This document shows, piece by piece, positions 47,709 through 57,673 of a DNA stretch of 64,000 bases. Both the position numbers and the translations under genes were made by a program. Positions within the stretch are counted from its first letter, which is position 1. Each line of letters begins with the position of its first letter. Source of the stretch: an uncultured Pseudomonadales bacterium (lineage in GTDB: Bacteria; Patescibacteriota; Microgenomatia; UBA1400; PJMF01). The notes under the pieces were generated by a model. It made no database searches. It was not told the DNA's origin and worked only from the letters and a program-made list of their open reading frames with translations. The stretch lies in NCBI GenBank assembly GCA_964637295.1, contig CAZWWE010000003.1:37565-101564 (forward strand), given 5' to 3'.

Positions 47709-47783
47709 GGTGCCTGTAGCTCAGTTGGTTAGAGCGCCACTCTGTGGAAGTGGAGGTCGCGGGTTCGAGTCTCGTCAGGCACC
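47709..47783 (+). tRNA. tRNA-His (anticodon GTG) with an encoded G-1
   Basis: Acceptor GTGCCTG/CAGGCAC. An extra 5' G pairs with discriminator C73, the His identity element. Anticodon stem CCACT/AGTGG with loop CTGTGGA. T loop TTCGAGT. Confidence 0.85.
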
Positions 47784-47811
47784 CATCTTATCAAAAAGGT
47801 GTTTTATTACA

Positions 47812-49248
47812 ATGCAAGAAAATCTTTTCGTAGGTCCTACAATTGGCAGAAGCACTGACAGCGATTTATTTAATCCAAGAGAAAGATGGGATGTGTTAAA
47901 TAATCACAGGCCTATTAACAATAATTTTTTTTCTCCTGGATGTCCAGTTCAATGCATTTATTGTAATCAGCAGGCTTTTGAAATGGATCCAATTTCTGGA
48001 GAAAAAGCAACTCCATACATATCACTAATGGTAGACGGAGGTATTTCTTTAAATACGCGTTTAATGTCTGGGACTCAGTTGACACATGAAATTGAGCCAA
48101 AAGAATTACTTGATGCTTTCAACAAATCTCCATTTTTTGATCCCGATGCTTCTTTATTAATTGAAAATTTTAACGATCCTGGAGTAAATTGGAAAAAAAC
48201 TCTTGATTTGCTTAAATTATTAAACGAGCAAAAACATGTTGGGCCAGTTATTATTTTAACAAAACTAGGAATTTCAGATGAATTTGCGGAAGAATTGGCT
48301 CAGTTAAAAGCCAATGGTTTAAAAATTATTTTTAGCATTACATATGCAAATTTGCCAAAAACTATAGAGCCAGTAGATTCAATTTACCGATTGCGAGCTC
48401 TAAAAAAAATTTATTCACTTAATATACCCACAATTGTTTCCATTAGGCCAATGATTAAAGGATTAAATGACGGTGCGGAGAATATAAAAAAAATATTGTC
48501 CGATATTAGTCCTTTTTCAGATGTGATTACCGTTGGGGGATTATTTGTGTATGATGGATTGACTCAGATTGTTTTTGAAAAAGCTGGATTTTCATTAGAT
48601 CCAGTTTATTTTCAAGACATTTATTCAATGGCAAAAATTTTGCCACCAGAAATTAAAGAACAATTTAGAAAACATGCAATCGAATTAAATGTAAAAGCAC
48701 CAATTATTGATCATTATAGTTGTTGTATAGCTCATATTTGTACCTTGCATTATAATTCGCCTCGATCAGACAGAATGGCTCGTTGGGCCAACGCAAGCGG
48801 CCATTCATTTTCAGATTGCTGTGAAAATTGTTTGCCAGAGCAAAAAGCACAATGCCTTAAGAAAAGCCAAGAAAAACCAGAAGATATCATTTTTTTAGCC
48901 AAAGAAGCTGCAAGAAAAATTGGTTATTCTAAACTTCAAATTGTTAAGTCCCCAAATATTTCAGGACTTTTACTTATTTTAAATGGTTCTTTAGCAATTA
49001 ATGAAATATTTTTTATTGAACAGCACTGCGGTTGGGATGTAAACAATGTTCCAGACTCAATCAGCTTGATTATTAAAGCCAAAGAAGTATTGGCTCAAGA
49101 ATTAAATATGCGCTATGAAGAAGTTGTCGAAGAAATTAATCTTAACGAAGCTTATGAATGGATAATTAAAGTGAAAAATGATTACAATAAAACTTTAATT
49201 CAAAAATTTTTGAGAGGTAAAATTAGATCTAGAATTTTAGTTGTTTAA
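47812..49248 (+). CDS. Radical SAM domain protein with a C-terminal Cys-rich region (function unknown)
   Basis: I trimmed the track ORF (47656) to the first ATG after the tRNAs, which has an AGGTG Shine-Dalgarno 11 nt upstream. The CxxxCxxC motif is GCPVQCIYC. A C-terminal cluster reads HYSCCIAHIC...FSDCCENCLPEQKAQC. The gene is noticeably more AT-rich than its flanks. Confidence 0.6.
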   Translation: MQENLFVGPTIGRSTDSDLFNPRERWDVLNNHRPINNNFFSPGCPVQCIYCNQQAFEMDPISGEKATPYISLMVDGGISLNTRLMSGTQLTHEIEPKELLDAFNKSPFFDPDASLLIENFNDPGVNWKKTLDLLKLLNEQKHVGPVIILTKLGISDEFAEELAQLKANGLKIIFSITYANLPKTIEPVDSIYRLRALKKIYSLNIPTIVSIRPMIKGLNDGAENIKKILSDISPFSDVITVGGLFVYDGLTQIVFEKAGFSLDPVYFQDIYSMAKILPPEIKEQFRKHAIELNVKAPIIDHYSCCIAHICTLHYNSPRSDRMARWANASGHSFSDCCENCLPEQKAQCLKKSQEKPEDIIFLAKEAARKIGYSKLQIVKSPNISGLLLILNGSLAINEIFFIEQHCGWDVNNVPDSISLIIKAKEVLAQELNMRYEEVVEEINLNEAYEWIIKVKNDYNKTLIQKFLRGKIRSRILVV

Positions 49249-49421
49249 TTGGTGAAAATTATTTGTTTGCCACCATGAAGGTGAATCTATTAATGTCAAT
49301 AGCAAGCAAGACTACGGTAGAATTACTGTGGCAAGAGGTTTTTAAATTATTAAGAGACAGAGCTACTAGTTTTTTTAACCACCAAACCCCCATTTTTTTG
49401 CAAAAATGCTAGAATGAAAAC

Positions 49422-50771
49422 ATGGTTTCTTGGTTCAAAAAACGCTCATTGATTCTTAGTATTATTTTCATTACTCTTTTAGCCTTCGTCTTGCGTTTCC
49501 ATAATTACGCTCTTTTTCCTGCTCACGATGCCACCGTTGATGAAAGAGCTTGGACTTGGTTGGGCGCTTCACTGCTAACTGAGGGTCAGCCAACTAGCTG
49601 GTCGCTTTTTCATAGTTATGAGGCAGACTATATTTATCAAGAGCGAGGCAACAGCGCTCCTCTAGTGCGGCCGGCACTTGATCATCCGCCCCTTTTCGCT
49701 TTAATTCCTGGGTTTTTTCATTTATTAAGTGGCCAGAATACTTACGATTTACCTTCTCAAGTAGCGATTCGTTTGCCGATGGTGTTGATTGGCACCCTCA
49801 ACGTGTTTTTATTTGTTTTACTGGCTCATCGCCTCACTGACAAAAAAACCGCGTTTTTGGTGAGCTTATTTTTTGCCAGTTCCCCACTAGTGGTAGCCAG
49901 CAGTCGCTTGGTTGTGGCAGATAATTTATTAGCAACCTTAGTGTTGCTGGTGGCTTTACTTTTTACCTTGAAAAAACAAAACTTATTTTTATTAATGTTC
50001 TTGAGTGCGGCGGCGATACTGACAAAAGTTCAGGGTGCTTTTCTTGGCGCTGGCTTGGCTTTGTATTTTTTTGCCGAAAAAAAATATCAGTCAGTAGCGA
50101 TGATTTTGGCTGCCATGTTTTTAGCAGGAGGTGTCTTTGCCTTGTACGGAGCATTTTTTAATTGGGATTTGTTTATGGCGATTTTTGCCGAACAATCTTC
50201 AAGAGCAATTGGCTTAACTACTCTTTTACATCGTTTTTTCTTCTATCCTTCTTTGGCGGCAGAAATTTGGCCAACTGCGGAAAAAAGTATTTTATTTGTT
50301 GTGACGATCGGTGTGGTGATTTATCAATCTCAAGTTAAAATTTTTCGTTTATTGGGAGCTATTTTTTTAACCTTTTTAGTTGTTGCTGTGGCGGCTTTTG
50401 ATGAAACCAATATCAACGGCTGGTATGAATACGCCCTCTTGCCAATTCTATTTATTTGCACTATCCCAGTGGTTAAATTTATTCTGGAAAATCTGCACAA
50501 GGCAGCGATTTGGCTGTTGTGGTTACTCTTTGCACTGCCTTTACTGAAAATGTGGGCTGTCAACTTGGGTCAATTGGAGCCGTTTACGCCTCTAACTCGT
50601 AAATTTTTACCTTTAGTGGGCGGCATAGTATATCTGCCATTTTCAAAGACTTGGCAAAAAGTTATTACTTGGGGATTTTTATTGGTAATTATTGGTTTGC
50701 AGTTAGTGGTTAATTGGACCTTATCAAGCCAATCATATAATCATCAGCTGTATTTGTTGGGCAGATATTAA
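49422..50771 (+). CDS. GT-C fold membrane glycosyltransferase, PMT/ArnT-like (second copy)
   Basis: Polytopic, with first-loop motif ATVDERAWTWLG (DE motif) and an architecture like that of 14150..15478. An extended -10 (TGcTAGAAT) lies ~15 nt upstream. Confidence 0.55.
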   Translation: MVSWFKKRSLILSIIFITLLAFVLRFHNYALFPAHDATVDERAWTWLGASLLTEGQPTSWSLFHSYEADYIYQERGNSAPLVRPALDHPPLFALIPGFFHLLSGQNTYDLPSQVAIRLPMVLIGTLNVFLFVLLAHRLTDKKTAFLVSLFFASSPLVVASSRLVVADNLLATLVLLVALLFTLKKQNLFLLMFLSAAAILTKVQGAFLGAGLALYFFAEKKYQSVAMILAAMFLAGGVFALYGAFFNWDLFMAIFAEQSSRAIGLTTLLHRFFFYPSLAAEIWPTAEKSILFVVTIGVVIYQSQVKIFRLLGAIFLTFLVVAVAAFDETNINGWYEYALLPILFICTIPVVKFILENLHKAAIWLLWLLFALPLLKMWAVNLGQLEPFTPLTRKFLPLVGGIVYLPFSKTWQKVITWGFLLVIIGLQLVVNWTLSSQSYNHQLYLLGRY

Positions 50772-50772
50772 T

Positions 50773-52017
50773 TTATTGGCCAAACATGGTTTCACTTTTG
50801 ACTGCTTTTTTAATGACTGAACCAGGTAGAGCACGAGCTTCTGCACCGATGGTGATACCTGGCAAAATTGAGCAATTAATGCCCAAAAAAACTCCTTTAG
50901 CCATGATCGCTCCCAGTTTATTTTTATCAGTTTGAATCAGTAAATCTTCACCATTTTCTTGAGCGAGTCGCAGTTTAACTTTGTCCTGATCAAAGCGTAA
51001 ATTTGCAGTGCAAGTGCCGTAACTAGGATTAACAAAAGCTTCTAGCACGCTATCGCCGATGAAATTGTGGTGTAGATTGCAATTTGGACCAATATAACTG
51101 CGCGCCACTTCGGAACCAAAACCAATAATACTATTGGCTTCAATGATTGAATTTCTAATTAAACAATGATTGCCAATAATGGTATTGGCGCCGATGTAAG
51201 CCGGTCCCTTAATCACTGCTCCAGCCTCAATTTTCACATTAGCCTCAATTTGTACTGGTCCTTCAATTTTGGCAGTTTTGTCTATTTTTGCTGATTTATC
51301 AATCTTATTATTCATTTTATGTTGCAGAAATAATTGAGTCATATCTAAAACATGGTGCGCTTGCTTGAGTTTTTGCCAATAACCCTCATAAACCATAAAA
51401 GTCACATTTTGACTGTGCAGCAATTCGTCCAAAGCTTTTTCATAAGCATCGTCGCCAGCAGTATATTTAGTTAATAAAGCAAAAAGCTCTTGAGGCTTAG
51501 CAAAATAATGAAAAAAAAGATTGGCGATGTCACTGGGTTCTTTTCCTACTGCCGGTTTTTCCACAATACTTAAAACTCGCTCTCCGTCCACTTGCAAGTA
51601 ACCACCCAAAAAATGTTTCTTAACTCTCATGCCCAAAATTTGAGCATAAGTTGTTGAAGCTTGTTTCATAAATTTTTGTAGAAATTTTGGCTCGATTAGA
51701 TCAACAGCATTGAGAATGATCACCGGTTGATCATCAGCAACTAGATGACTGACCAAAGTTAAGGCATCTGCTTGGCCCGCAGCGGTATTTTGCAGCACAG
51801 TGATAATTTGTAATTTTGTCGATAAATTAGCAATCACTGATTGATTTTCTTGATTGCAAACGACCAGTGCTTCAGTTCCTCCAGCGGCTTGAATCATTGC
51901 CAAAGTGTGTTCAATTAGTGGTTTACCAAAAAAAGGAAAAAGGCTTTTATTAGTGACTAAAGGAGCAAAATTTTTCCCAATGCCACCAGCTAAGACTATA
52001 AATAGGGGTTTTTTCAT
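50773..52017 (-). CDS. Sugar-1-phosphate nucleotidyltransferase with a C-terminal left-handed beta-helix (hexapeptide) domain
   Basis: LAGGIGKNFAPL is the NTP-transferase G-loop, and C-terminal [LIV]G-x4 hexapeptide repeats follow (IGANTIIGNHCLIRNSIIEANSIIG). Confidence 0.7.
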   Translation of the reverse strand: MKKPLFIVLAGGIGKNFAPLVTNKSLFPFFGKPLIEHTLAMIQAAGGTEALVVCNQENQSVIANLSTKLQIITVLQNTAAGQADALTLVSHLVADDQPVIILNAVDLIEPKFLQKFMKQASTTYAQILGMRVKKHFLGGYLQVDGERVLSIVEKPAVGKEPSDIANLFFHYFAKPQELFALLTKYTAGDDAYEKALDELLHSQNVTFMVYEGYWQKLKQAHHVLDMTQLFLQHKMNNKIDKSAKIDKTAKIEGPVQIEANVKIEAGAVIKGPAYIGANTIIGNHCLIRNSIIEANSIIGFGSEVARSYIGPNCNLHHNFIGDSVLEAFVNPSYGTCTANLRFDQDKVKLRLAQENGEDLLIQTDKNKLGAIMAKGVFLGINCSILPGITIGAEARALPGSVIKKAVKSETMFGQ

Positions 52018-52061
52018 AATTTAATCATATTTGGCCTATCAGTTTTGCGCTGCATCGGTAT

Positions 52062-52697
52062 TTAGCCAAGGTGCGATGAATCATTAAGACAAATAATTTT
52101 CCAAGCTCCAATTCTTTCGTCGTACCTTGCTCGACTAAGTCCAGTATTATCAAGATTAAAATTATTATACATAGCGCACCAATGTTCTAAATTACCAGTT
52201 GGATCAAGAATTTGTGTAATAAGCATTTTTAGGGTCAAGGCATGACTAACGATGATGAGCTTTCTTTCAGGTCTTTGACCAAGCTTTTGTAAAACCCGCT
52301 GAATTCTTTGTGTAAATTGCCAAGCGCTTTCTTCATCAGCATGTTGCCACTGACCATTTTGCTCCAGTGCGTGAGCATTGATTTTTGCTTTGATTTCTAG
52401 AGACAAGGGGCTGTGATGAGACTGACCAATTAATTGACTGGCAACTTTTTTTTCGCTTAATAATTTATCAAATTCAATGGGAAAATGATTTTGATCGGCA
52501 ATTGCTCGAGCAGTTTGTATGGTTCTCAGGTAAGGACTGGCAATAATTGAAAAAGGGCCTGGAATTCTAGAGAAACGTTGTGCCAATGTTTGGGCTTGTA
52601 ACAAACCAGCTTCAGTCAGTGGGGTGTCTGGTGATTGATGTACTTCGCGAACATTGCCTTCACTTTCTCCGTGTCGCACCAAATAAATTTCTTTCAT
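52062..52697 (-). CDS. Histidine phosphatase family protein (phosphoglycerate-mutase-like)
   Basis: MKEIYLVRHGESEGN carries the RHG catalytic motif, with a second His in VSHALT. Confidence 0.75.
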   Translation of the reverse strand: MKEIYLVRHGESEGNVREVHQSPDTPLTEAGLLQAQTLAQRFSRIPGPFSIIASPYLRTIQTARAIADQNHFPIEFDKLLSEKKVASQLIGQSHHSPLSLEIKAKINAHALEQNGQWQHADEESAWQFTQRIQRVLQKLGQRPERKLIIVSHALTLKMLITQILDPTGNLEHWCAMYNNFNLDNTGLSRARYDERIGAWKIICLNDSSHLG

Positions 52698-52779
52698 CTT
52701 TTAATCGCCTTGCTTAAGTGCTTGATTTAAGAGATAATAATTCCTCAACATGATTATAAAGCAAATTTAAGGAAAATTT

Positions 52780-54183
52780 ATGTCAAAACTCACTAAAATT
52801 ATTGCTACTCTGGGTCCTGCCACCGAAACAGCAGAAACCATGGAAGCTTTAATCAAAGCTGGAATGAATGTAGCACGTTTCAATACCAAACATGGTACGC
52901 CAGAATGGCATTTAGAACGTATTCATCGCGTCAAAAAAGTAGCTAAAAAACTCAATCAAGCGATAGGTGTTTTACTTGATTTGCAAGGACCAGAAATTCG
53001 TATTAATACCAAAGATGGGGCTAGTTTTGAAGTCAAAGAAAACGAATTGATTAAATTTACTAGCCAGCCACCAGCTGCCAAAGAAATGAACATTCCCAGC
53101 AACGTGATTGAGGCCATTCAAATTGGTGATTTGGTTTCGATTGATGATGGTATTTGTGAGTTTGAAGTTGTGGAAAAAGACCAGACAACTTTGACGGTCA
53201 AAGTTTTGGGCGATTACACGATTAAACATCGCAAAACCATGAATACACCTGGCATTGTGATTGAGATGCCCTCTTTAATTGAAAATGATTTGGTGCAATT
53301 AGACAACATGACAGACGCAGACATTGATTTTGTTGGTTTGTCTTTTGTGCGCGATGCCAAAGATATCGCTATTTTGCGCGATGAGCTTAAAAAAAGAAAC
53401 TTACATGCGCAGATTGTCGCTAAAATTGAAAATCAAGCCGCAATTGATAATTTAGACGAAATTATTGAAGCTGCTGACGCGGTCATGGTGGCGCGCGGTG
53501 ACTTGGCAGTTGAGGTGCCTTTTGAAAGATTGACTTATTACCAAAAAATGATCATCGAAAAATGTCGCATCGCTGGTAAACCAGTGATTACCGCCACTCA
53601 AATGCTCGAAAGCATGACTTTTAATCCACGCCCGACTCGAGCTGAAGTCAGTGATGTGGCCAACGCCATTTATGATGGCACTGATGCGGTTATGCTATCT
53701 GGCGAAACTACTTTGGGTAAGTATCCAGTTAAATGTGTAGCCACGCAAGCTAAAATTGCAGCTTACAATGAACCTTTCACCGAAAATTATTTGTGGGATT
53801 GGGCCGATCAAGGTGATGTCTCCGCGATTACTTACGCTGCTTTTTCTCTTTTGGACTCCAGCAAAGCTGAAGTTGATTTAGTCATCTGCTTGACTGCGAG
53901 TGGCAAAACTGCCCGCCAGCTCTCTCGTTTTAGGCCTGACGTTAAAATAAAAGCCGTGACCTGTGATCAATCGGTTTATAACAAATTAGCCTTAGTTTAT
54001 GGGGTTGAACCAGTTTTAGCTGATGATGAAAGTTTCAAGTATTCTGGCGAGATGGATCTAGTAGCTAATTTGAAAATGAATAAGATCGTGCAAGCTGGTC
54101 AGAAAGTTTTGATTATCGCTGGTTTAAGCGAGCAAGTGCAGGGTCGAGAGACAGATAGTTTGCTGTTAGTGGATATTAAATAG
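52780..54183 (+). CDS. pyk: Pyruvate kinase
   Basis: TKIIATLGPA, MNVARFNTKHG and MVARGDLAVE are characteristic pyruvate-kinase motifs. Confidence 0.93.
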   Translation: MSKLTKIIATLGPATETAETMEALIKAGMNVARFNTKHGTPEWHLERIHRVKKVAKKLNQAIGVLLDLQGPEIRINTKDGASFEVKENELIKFTSQPPAAKEMNIPSNVIEAIQIGDLVSIDDGICEFEVVEKDQTTLTVKVLGDYTIKHRKTMNTPGIVIEMPSLIENDLVQLDNMTDADIDFVGLSFVRDAKDIAILRDELKKRNLHAQIVAKIENQAAIDNLDEIIEAADAVMVARGDLAVEVPFERLTYYQKMIIEKCRIAGKPVITATQMLESMTFNPRPTRAEVSDVANAIYDGTDAVMLSGETTLGKYPVKCVATQAKIAAYNEPFTENYLWDWADQGDVSAITYAAFSLLDSSKAEVDLVICLTASGKTARQLSRFRPDVKIKAVTCDQSVYNKLALVYGVEPVLADDESFKYSGEMDLVANLKMNKIVQAGQKVLIIAGLSEQVQGRETDSLLLVDIK

Positions 54184-54210
54184 ACTTTGACTAGCTTTAA
54201 GTTGTAATTT

Positions 54211-54495
54211 TTGCTATGCTTTAAGCATATGTCAAATAAAAAAACTGGGGTTTTTCCGATGTTGGTAGGTGCGGTGGCTGGCGCAGCGGCAGTCTTTTTT
54301 GCAGATAAAAAAAATCGCGATAAAGCCAGCAGGGTTGTAACCAAAAGCAAGGCTTCACTCAAGAAAATTTCCACCGAAGCCAAAAAAAATCCAGAAGCTT
54401 TTGCCAAAAAAGTACTCAGTCAGGCTTCGACTACGGTTCAAAAAATCAGCCGTCAAGCCGCCGGTGCTGCTAAGCAAAAAAGCACTAAACGATAA
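54211..54495 (+). CDS. Small basic membrane-associated protein (YtxH-like?)
   Basis: One N-terminal hydrophobic segment followed by a Lys/Ala-rich tail. This is a weak call. Confidence 0.3.
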   Translation: MLCFKHMSNKKTGVFPMLVGAVAGAAAVFFADKKNRDKASRVVTKSKASLKKISTEAKKNPEAFAKKVLSQASTTVQKISRQAAGAAKQKSTKR

Positions 54496-54960
54496 TTAAT
54501 CAAGCAAATTGATCAATTTTTCAGCCCAACTTTGCAGTTGAGCTTGATTTTCTTCTGTTTCTGGAAAACCATCGAGGTGTAAAGTTTCGATAATTTTTGT
54601 GGCCATCATCTCAGTCACAAAAACTTGTTCAATAATTTTAGTCGCTCCGCAGAAATGTACATAATTGCTGTCGCCGCAACCCAAAATGGCTACTTTTTTA
54701 CCATTTAGCTTAATTTGGCTTGGCTTAATTCTATCTATAAAATCGGCAAAATCTGCTTGTGGTAAACCATCATCCCAAGTCGAACAGGCAAAAATATAAG
54801 TAGTGTAATTACCCTGTAAATCAGCTAAATCAGCATCGAGGGCATTTTTAACTTCAATGCTTTTGCCCTTATTTTGCGCTAGCGCTTGTAATTTATAAGC
54901 AACGCCCTCTGTGTTGCCAGTTAAACTGCCATAAATCAATAAAGTATTTGCCATAATCAT
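54496..54960 (-). CDS. Flavodoxin
   Basis: LLIYGSLTGNTEGVA is the flavodoxin FMN-phosphate-binding motif (T/SxTGNTE), and the 154-aa length fits. Confidence 0.8.
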   Translation of the reverse strand: MIMANTLLIYGSLTGNTEGVAYKLQALAQNKGKSIEVKNALDADLADLQGNYTTYIFACSTWDDGLPQADFADFIDRIKPSQIKLNGKKVAILGCGDSNYVHFCGATKIIEQVFVTEMMATKIIETLHLDGFPETEENQAQLQSWAEKLINLLD

Positions 54961-55002
54961 TAAATTGTAGCATGCTTCGCCAAAACCAAGTTAATTTGAC
55001 CA

Positions 55003-56802
55003 TTGCTTCGACTTCTCCTACAATTGACGATTATGGACTTGGAAAGCATTAACTGGAAAATTGTCGGCAAAGCTGGTGAAGGAGTGATGCTTAGTGCGAA
55101 ACTTTTTGCCAAAGCTTGTAAGCGACAAGGCTTAGCAGTTTTTAATTATTACGAATACCCTTCTCTGATCAAAGGTGGCTCACAAAGTGGCCAAGTTTAC
55201 GCTGCCCTACAAGGAGCCAGCAGTCAGCGTCGTCGTTTGGATTTATTAATTCTTTTTCATGAAAAATTTCTTGTCGAACATTTGACTGAAATAGACGAAA
55301 ATTCTTTAGTCATCATCAATGCCAATACTTTTGATGCGAGTCGGTTGCCTCAACTCAAAACTCGTGTTTACGCCCTCAATTTAACTAAAATTGCCAGAGA
55401 TCAAGGCGCTCATCCCCTGTCGGCTAACATCGCTGCCTTAGGAATGAGCGTGGCTTTATTAAATATGGATTTGCAAAGCATGAGTAAAATTGTAGTCGAA
55501 GAATTTGCTAAAAATAAAAATTTAGCTTTGCAAAATTTGACTGTTTTGCAAGCAACTTACAAACTAACTCAACAATTATTTCAACAAGGCAATTTAGCCG
55601 CTCTTGGACAATTGGTAAACACCGGCCTGGATGAGCAAATTTTATTAAGTGGCAATGAGGCGCTTGGGCTTGGTGCTCTAGCGGCTGGTTTGCAATTCTA
55701 CTCTGCTTATCCGATGACACCAGCAACTGGAGTTCTACATTACTTAGCGAGTTTGCAAGATCAATATCCCATCGTGGTTAAACACAGCGAAGATGAAATT
55801 GGAGCGATTAATCAGGCAATTGGCGCGAGCTTTGCTGGCGTACGTACCATGACTGGTAGCTCAGGTGGAGGTTTTGCCCTGATGGTGGAAGCTCTTTCTT
55901 TTGCAGGTGTGGCTGAGATACCACTGGTAGTGGTGGAAGCGATGAGACAGGGGCCAGCAACTGGTTTGCCCACCTGGACTTCGCAAGGAGATCTGAATTT
56001 TGTTTTAGGCGCTGGTCATGGCGAATTTTTGCGAGTGGTTTTGACTCCAGGTGATGTACGCGAGCATTTTTTGTTAGCTAAATTAGCAGTGGAATTGGCG
56101 GAAAAATATCAGCTCCCAGTTTTGATTATGTCTGACAAATATATTTTAGAATCACTGCAAAGTATACCCAAGATGACTCTGGAGTTGGAAAACACGCGTT
56201 TTTCAATGCTCAATGATGGTCAGCTTGGTGAAAATACTTTAAAAGAGGGAGAATATTTGCGTTACAAAGTTACTGAAGACGGTATCTCTCTTCGCTCAAT
56301 CCCAGGCCAAAATCATGCTTATCAATTAAGCAATTCTTATGAACACGATGAATATGGTTTTGCGACCGAAGACTCCAAAGAAACTAAAAAAGCGGTCGAG
56401 AAAAGAGCGGCTAAATTAGCTGCTTTGAAACAAGATTTACCAAAACCACTTTATTTAGGTGCTAAAAATCCACAACAAATTTTCATTTCTTTTGGCTCCA
56501 CCATCAATGTGCTAAAAGATGTTTTACTTGATGAGGCAGCTAAAAACATTGCCGTGATTCACTTGCCTTGCATTTATCCGTTTCCAAGCGAAGAATTAGA
56601 GGCTTTACTGGCAGGAAAAAATGCAGAAGCTTTTGTAGTCGAAGGTAATGCGACTGCTCAGTTAGCGGCTTTAATAAGAAGAGAAACTAAGTTACAAAAT
56701 CTTCGTTCAATTTTACGTTACGATGGCCGACCTTTTTACAGCGAAGATCTGATAGATTTTTTAAAAACTCAAAAATTAGATCAACAATATAAGTTAATAT
56801 GA
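55003..56802 (+). CDS. 2-oxoacid:ferredoxin/flavodoxin oxidoreductase, fused gamma-alpha subunit
   Basis: An N-terminal gamma-like domain (KIVGKAGEGVMLSAKLFAKA) is followed by an alpha domain (YPMTPATGVLHYLA). The true start is probably the internal Met (MDLESINWKI, ~55033). Confidence 0.8.
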   Translation: MLRLLLQLTIMDLESINWKIVGKAGEGVMLSAKLFAKACKRQGLAVFNYYEYPSLIKGGSQSGQVYAALQGASSQRRRLDLLILFHEKFLVEHLTEIDENSLVIINANTFDASRLPQLKTRVYALNLTKIARDQGAHPLSANIAALGMSVALLNMDLQSMSKIVVEEFAKNKNLALQNLTVLQATYKLTQQLFQQGNLAALGQLVNTGLDEQILLSGNEALGLGALAAGLQFYSAYPMTPATGVLHYLASLQDQYPIVVKHSEDEIGAINQAIGASFAGVRTMTGSSGGGFALMVEALSFAGVAEIPLVVVEAMRQGPATGLPTWTSQGDLNFVLGAGHGEFLRVVLTPGDVREHFLLAKLAVELAEKYQLPVLIMSDKYILESLQSIPKMTLELENTRFSMLNDGQLGENTLKEGEYLRYKVTEDGISLRSIPGQNHAYQLSNSYEHDEYGFATEDSKETKKAVEKRAAKLAALKQDLPKPLYLGAKNPQQIFISFGSTINVLKDVLLDEAAKNIAVIHLPCIYPFPSEELEALLAGKNAEAFVVEGNATAQLAALIRRETKLQNLRSILRYDGRPFYSEDLIDFLKTQKLDQQYKLI

Positions 56803-57659
56803 ACAAAATGAGTTTAGAAAAATTAATGTCGCCAGTGCAACCCACTTGGTGTCCTGGTTGTGGCAATTTTAGCATTTTAACGGCTCTAAAACAGGCTTTA
56901 GTTGACTTAGACTTATCGATGGAGGAAGTCACGCTAGTATTTGGTATTGGCTGTAGTGGTAACAGCGCGGACTTCATCAAGTGTTATGGCTTGCATGCTT
57001 TGCATGGGCGTGGTTTAGCCAATGCCATTGGCATTAAATTGGCCAATCACCGCCAAAAAGTGATTATGATTGGTGGTGATGGCGATATTTATGGTGAAGG
57101 TCTCAATCATTTGGTGGCGGCTTGTCGCGGCAATCATGACATCACTACCCTAGTGTTTAATAACCACCGTTACAGTTTAACCACTGGTCAAAGTTCACCG
57201 ACCTCTGCGAAAGGAACGATCAGTAAATCGACTCCACAAGGCTTGATCGAAGATCCGATTGCTGCTCTGAGTACAGCGATTAGCAATGGTGCTGGTTTTG
57301 TCGCCAGAGCTTATGCAGGTAAACTTAAACAAATGGTGGAATTAATTAAAGCGGGGATTTTATACGAAGGTTTTTCGCTGATTGATATTTTACAGCCTTG
57401 CCCAAGTTTTAATAAAGAACAAGATTACGCTTGGTATCAAAACAATGTTTTTGACTTAGACGAAAAATATGATCCAAGTAATCAGGCCAAGGCTATTGTT
57501 GAGTTATTAAATCAAGAAAAGTTAAGCTTGGGTGTTTTATATCGCAACGACCAGCGGCCTGCTTATCACAGAGCAGTGCCTCAATTAAAAGACAAGACTT
57601 TGATTGAACAATTTCCCAAAGAAATTAATTTGAGTCAAGCTATTGCTGAGTTTATCTAA
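56799..57659 (+). CDS. 2-oxoacid:ferredoxin oxidoreductase, beta (TPP-binding) subunit
   Basis: WCPGCGNFSIL and the GGDGD TPP-binding motif. The gene is translationally coupled to the alpha gene (ATGA overlap). Confidence 0.85.
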   Translation: MNKMSLEKLMSPVQPTWCPGCGNFSILTALKQALVDLDLSMEEVTLVFGIGCSGNSADFIKCYGLHALHGRGLANAIGIKLANHRQKVIMIGGDGDIYGEGLNHLVAACRGNHDITTLVFNNHRYSLTTGQSSPTSAKGTISKSTPQGLIEDPIAALSTAISNGAGFVARAYAGKLKQMVELIKAGILYEGFSLIDILQPCPSFNKEQDYAWYQNNVFDLDEKYDPSNQAKAIVELLNQEKLSLGVLYRNDQRPAYHRAVPQLKDKTLIEQFPKEINLSQAIAEFI

Positions 57660-57673
57660 CGTTTACCTAGTGT

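Noticed and set aside
47656-47811. N-terminal 52 codons of the track ORF 47656..49248
   Set aside because: This stretch overlaps the tRNA-Arg and tRNA-His genes. The real start is the ATG at 47812, which has a Shine-Dalgarno sequence.
54226-54238. Perfect palindrome ATGCTTTAAGCAT after pyk as a terminator or operator
   Set aside because: It is short, with no T-tract, and overlaps the start region of the small ORF, so I cannot assign a function.
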